Shown here in pieces: positions 61,369-64,000 of a stretch of 64,000 bases of DNA (position 1 is the stretch's first letter; every line of letters starts with the position of its first letter). This DNA comes from Deltaproteobacteria bacterium. GTDB lineage: Bacteria > Myxococcota > XYA12-FULL-58-9. The position numbers and the translations under genes were made by a program. The stretch is taken from positions 166,358 to 230,357 of the forward strand of contig JACRCV010000075.1 in NCBI GenBank assembly GCA_016218825.1. Direction: 5' to 3'. The notes beneath the pieces are model-generated. The model saw only the letters and a list, made by a program, of their open reading frames with translations. It was not told where the DNA came from and searched no databases.

Positions 61369-63009
61369 ATGAAGCTCACCCCCTGGTCAAGGCGATCGAG
61401 TTCTCGAGTTGGACCGATGTTGCCCGCCCCACCCGGGGGCGGGCCGAGAGCGGCGCCGCAGGCGACGCTCCGGGGTGGGGGTGGGGAGGACGGGCGCGAA
61501 GCGCCCGCCGGGAATCAAAGAAGCGAGAGCGCGATTGCCCTGACCCCCTGGTGCCGGCTCCTTGCCATCGTTGCGCTGTCGATCGGCGGCTGTGCCCGCG
61601 AGCTCCCGGGCGACACGCCGCCGGGCAAGGCGTTCTACTACCCGGTCAGCGTCACGGTGGCGCCGAACGGCCTCCATGCCTACGTCGTCAGCTCGAACTT
61701 CGACCTGCACTACAGCTCGGGCTGGGTCTCGGTCGTGAGCCTCGAGAGCCTCTTGGACGGCTTGCCCATCGAGACCACGGTGGTCTCCGAGGCGAAGGTG
61801 CTGTCGCTCGCGGGCGGGCTGAGCCTGTCGCGAAGCGGCACGATGGCGGTCACCGCGCACCGCGGCGCCGCGGCGCTGTCGCTGCTCGAGATCGGTGACG
61901 ACGGCAAGACGATCGGCTGCGGCGTCCAGGGCGACACCACGGATCTCAGCTACAAGGAGCGGCTCACCGACTGCGATCGCGCCCACATGCTGCAGACCGC
62001 GTGCACCGCGCCGCAGCTCGAGGACGCCGATCGGCCCGCCGGCTGTCCCTGGGAGCAAGACGGCGGACGTCGGGTGTTCGGGACGTCGCTCAACGATCTC
62101 GAGCTCGCCGACCCGTTCGCGACCGCGATCTTCGAGGTGCCGGCGGCGAGCGGCGGCACCGAGCCGTTGCTCGCGGTTTCCCACTTGACCAGTGGCGACC
62201 CGTCCGTCGGCCAGACCAACCAGCTGCTGCTCTTCGACGTCGAGTCCGGCACGACGGCGGGCGAGTCGGTCGTCTTGGCGCCGCGGCACGCGGTGCGGCT
62301 GGGAGGTGGCGGCAACCTGGGTGTCGCCGCGCTCGCGGTGCGCTCCGACGCTGCCGGCACGTTCCTCGCCGCTGCCACCCAAAAGGCCTTCACCGGCGAG
62401 TCGCAGGATCCGAGCGCGGTCTACGTCGTCGACGTGACCAGGACGCTTTCCGACCAGCAGGACCGGGTGTCATCCCATTCAATCAATGCCGAGGTCGGCG
62501 GTGTGAACCTGGCCGGGATCACCTTCGCCGCGAACAACCCCGACCTGGCGTTCGTGACCAACCGTATTCCCGACAGCGTCGTGACCTTGGACACGTCGAT
62601 CGAGACCGTCGACGAGCGCGACTCGCTCGGGACCGTGACGGTCGCGCGTCGGCCGCGCTTCGCGGTGCTCTCGGCGCAGGCCTTGCAGCCGCGTCCGGCG
62701 GGGCTGCTCTACGTCACCCGGGCGGCGGGGGAGGATCTGCTGGCGGTCGCGAGCTTCGCCGACAACGTGGTCTACCTGTTCTCGGTGCATGGGAGCGAGC
62801 TGCGCCCGACCGGGCGCCTGCCGGTGCCGGGGTACGGCCCGTTCGCTCTCGCGCACGTCGCCCGCGACGGCAGCGACTTCCTGCTGGTGACGACGTTCTT
62901 CACCCATGCGCTGGTGGTCTTCGACGTCACCGGCGACGACGCCGCGCGGTTCCGGTACGTGACCGAGCTCCGGTCGGGCGTGCCGCCGGCCGGCGATCCG
63001 GCGCGGTAG
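61369..63009 (+). CDS. YVTN-type beta-propeller lipoprotein whose signal-peptide coding region carries an in-frame repeat insertion
   Basis: ORF track. Codons 1-6 read MKLTPW. The 152-bp element plus duplication (165 bp, in frame) follows, then ...LTPWCRLLAIVALSIGGC lipobox. Downstream are YVTN-like 40-residue repeats. Confidence 0.6.
   Translation: MKLTPWSRRSSSRVGPMLPAPPGGGPRAAPQATLRGGGGEDGREAPAGNQRSESAIALTPWCRLLAIVALSIGGCARELPGDTPPGKAFYYPVSVTVAPNGLHAYVVSSNFDLHYSSGWVSVVSLESLLDGLPIETTVVSEAKVLSLAGGLSLSRSGTMAVTAHRGAAALSLLEIGDDGKTIGCGVQGDTTDLSYKERLTDCDRAHMLQTACTAPQLEDADRPAGCPWEQDGGRRVFGTSLNDLELADPFATAIFEVPAASGGTEPLLAVSHLTSGDPSVGQTNQLLLFDVESGTTAGESVVLAPRHAVRLGGGGNLGVAALAVRSDAAGTFLAAATQKAFTGESQDPSAVYVVDVTRTLSDQQDRVSSHSINAEVGGVNLAGITFAANNPDLAFVTNRIPDSVVTLDTSIETVDERDSLGTVTVARRPRFAVLSAQALQPRPAGLLYVTRAAGEDLLAVASFADNVVYLFSVHGSELRPTGRLPVPGYGPFALAHVARDGSDFLLVTTFFTHALVVFDVTGDDAARFRYVTELRSGVPPAGDPAR
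61388..61539. repeat. structured GC-rich repeat, copy A (subfamily 1, reference copy), flanked by 13-bp direct repeats ctCaccccctggt (61375-61387) and ctGaccccctggt (61540-61552)
   Basis: Termini caaggcgatcgag ... gcgcgattgcc form imperfect terminal inverted repeats (GGCRATCG). Hairpin gcccgcccc-acccg-ggggcgggc. G-tract ggggtgggggtggggagg at 61473-61490. Confidence 0.75.
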
Positions 63010-63025
63010 AGGATCGAAGGTACCG

Positions 63026-64000
63026 ATGCGACCCACCGCTCTCAGGTTGTCTTGCATGCTCGTGCTCTCGGCCCTCGGTGGCTGCAGCCAGACGACCACG
63101 ACGACGACGTCCAGCTTCCAGACCCCGATGGGGCTCGCGGTCGCGGCCGCTCCGATCGAGGGTGGCGGGTACGAGTACCGCCGCCTGTTCGTCTCGAACT
63201 TCACCGAGGACAGCCTGCAGGTCCTGGAGCTCGGTGACACGCTCGCCGACGTGGAGCTCTTGTACGGCCCGAACAACTACTTTCCGCTGCGGATCCCGGC
63301 GGGCGCCGGGCCCGGGGATCTGGCCGCCACCAGCGACGGTCGCTTCGTCGTGGTGCTGGATCTGATCACCGAGAGCGTGCGCTTGGTGGACGCGAAGGCG
63401 CTCACGCTGGTGCGCGACGCCGCCGGCGGCATCCTCGAGCTGCCTCTCGGGGGTGGCGGCGCGCGACCGACGTCTCTCATCGCCGCGCCGGTCTGCGTTG
63501 CCGGCGGCGGCTGCAAGGGCGTCTGCGGCACGGGGTGCGAGGCGGGACTCCTCGGCCGCTTCTACGTCAGCATGCCCGGGAGCGCGTCGATCCTGGCCTT
63601 CGACGTGGTCAAGGACGGGGCGGCCGGCAACACGCCGCCGGTGGTCCTCAAACCGTCGCGGATCTACGACGTCGGCGGCGAGCCGACCGACCTCGCGGTG
63701 GACCGGGCCGGGACGCTGGTGTTCGCCTCGGACTCGGCGGCGATGCAGGTGCTGCGCCTGGACTTGGCGTCGGGCCTCGTGGATCGCCGCGACGTCGGTG
63801 GCGCGCCGGGCCCGCTCGCGGTCACCCCGGACGGGACCCTGCTCTTGGTCGGCCGGCCCGAGTGGAGCGACCTGGTGGTGTTCGACGACGCCTCCGGGAG
63901 CCGCTTCGCGCCCTTGGACGCCAACCCCGCGTACACGCCGCTGCCGCAGTGCTTATCCGCGTGTGCCGCCACCGACCCCGCGGTCTGCGACGGCGCTCAT
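63026..64000 (+). CDS. YVTN-type beta-propeller lipoprotein (3' partial; open to window end)
   Basis: ATG 63026. MRPTALRLSCMLVLSALGGC is a lipobox. YVTN-like repeats follow. No stop before 64000, so it is absent from the ORF track. Confidence 0.6.
   Translation, partial: MRPTALRLSCMLVLSALGGCSQTTTTTTSSFQTPMGLAVAAAPIEGGGYEYRRLFVSNFTEDSLQVLELGDTLADVELLYGPNNYFPLRIPAGAGPGDLAATSDGRFVVVLDLITESVRLVDAKALTLVRDAAGGILELPLGGGGARPTSLIAAPVCVAGGGCKGVCGTGCEAGLLGRFYVSMPGSASILAFDVVKDGAAGNTPPVVLKPSRIYDVGGEPTDLAVDRAGTLVFASDSAAMQVLRLDLASGLVDRRDVGGAPGPLAVTPDGTLLLVGRPEWSDLVVFDDASGSRFAPLDANPAYTPLPQCLSACAATDPAVCDGAH

Overview
This is a 64 kb window of about 70% GC chromosomal DNA, densely coding, with myxobacterial hallmarks. 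These are a MYXO-CTERM sorting tail, a PEGA-domain Ser/Thr kinase, a MopE-type Cys/Asp motif, YVTN and BNR lipoproteins, and many lipobox signal peptides.

Gene content, in order:
- 1–10.4 kb: a partial GAF regulator, a large secreted multi-Ig-like protein, an ECF sigma/anti-sigma pair, and a coupled MerR-like/sigma-region-4.2 pair.
- 10.5–26 kb: a polysaccharide (EPS/O-antigen-type) locus with Wzy/WaaL-like proteins, GT2/GT4 glycosyltransferases, two priming phosphotransferases, a sugar aminotransferase, an oxidoreductase and a sirtuin.
- 27–40 kb: an RNA-metabolism cluster (tsaC-like, m6A methyltransferase, apt, tRNA-Arg(CCT), dus, CCA-adding enzyme, mnmA-rnc-era-der coupled, RNase E/G).
- 41–47 kb: yfgM-like, bamB, deacetylase, UvrD, NUDIX, hydrolase.
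- 48–64 kb: secreted lipoproteins including a fatty-acyl-AMP ligase, a Cas4-like PD-(D/E)xK nuclease, two tandem ~800-aa paralogs and a patatin lipase.

The most unusual signal is a family of at least seven structured GC-rich MITE/REP-like repeats (hairpin plus G-tract, terminal inverted repeats, flanking 9–14 bp direct duplications). One copy is inserted in-frame inside a lipoprotein signal-peptide coding region and another exactly at the overlapping stop codons of two convergent genes. No CRISPR array, rRNA, integrase or prophage was seen.

Hand-derived coordinates may be off by ±1–3 nt. ORF-track coordinates are used where possible.
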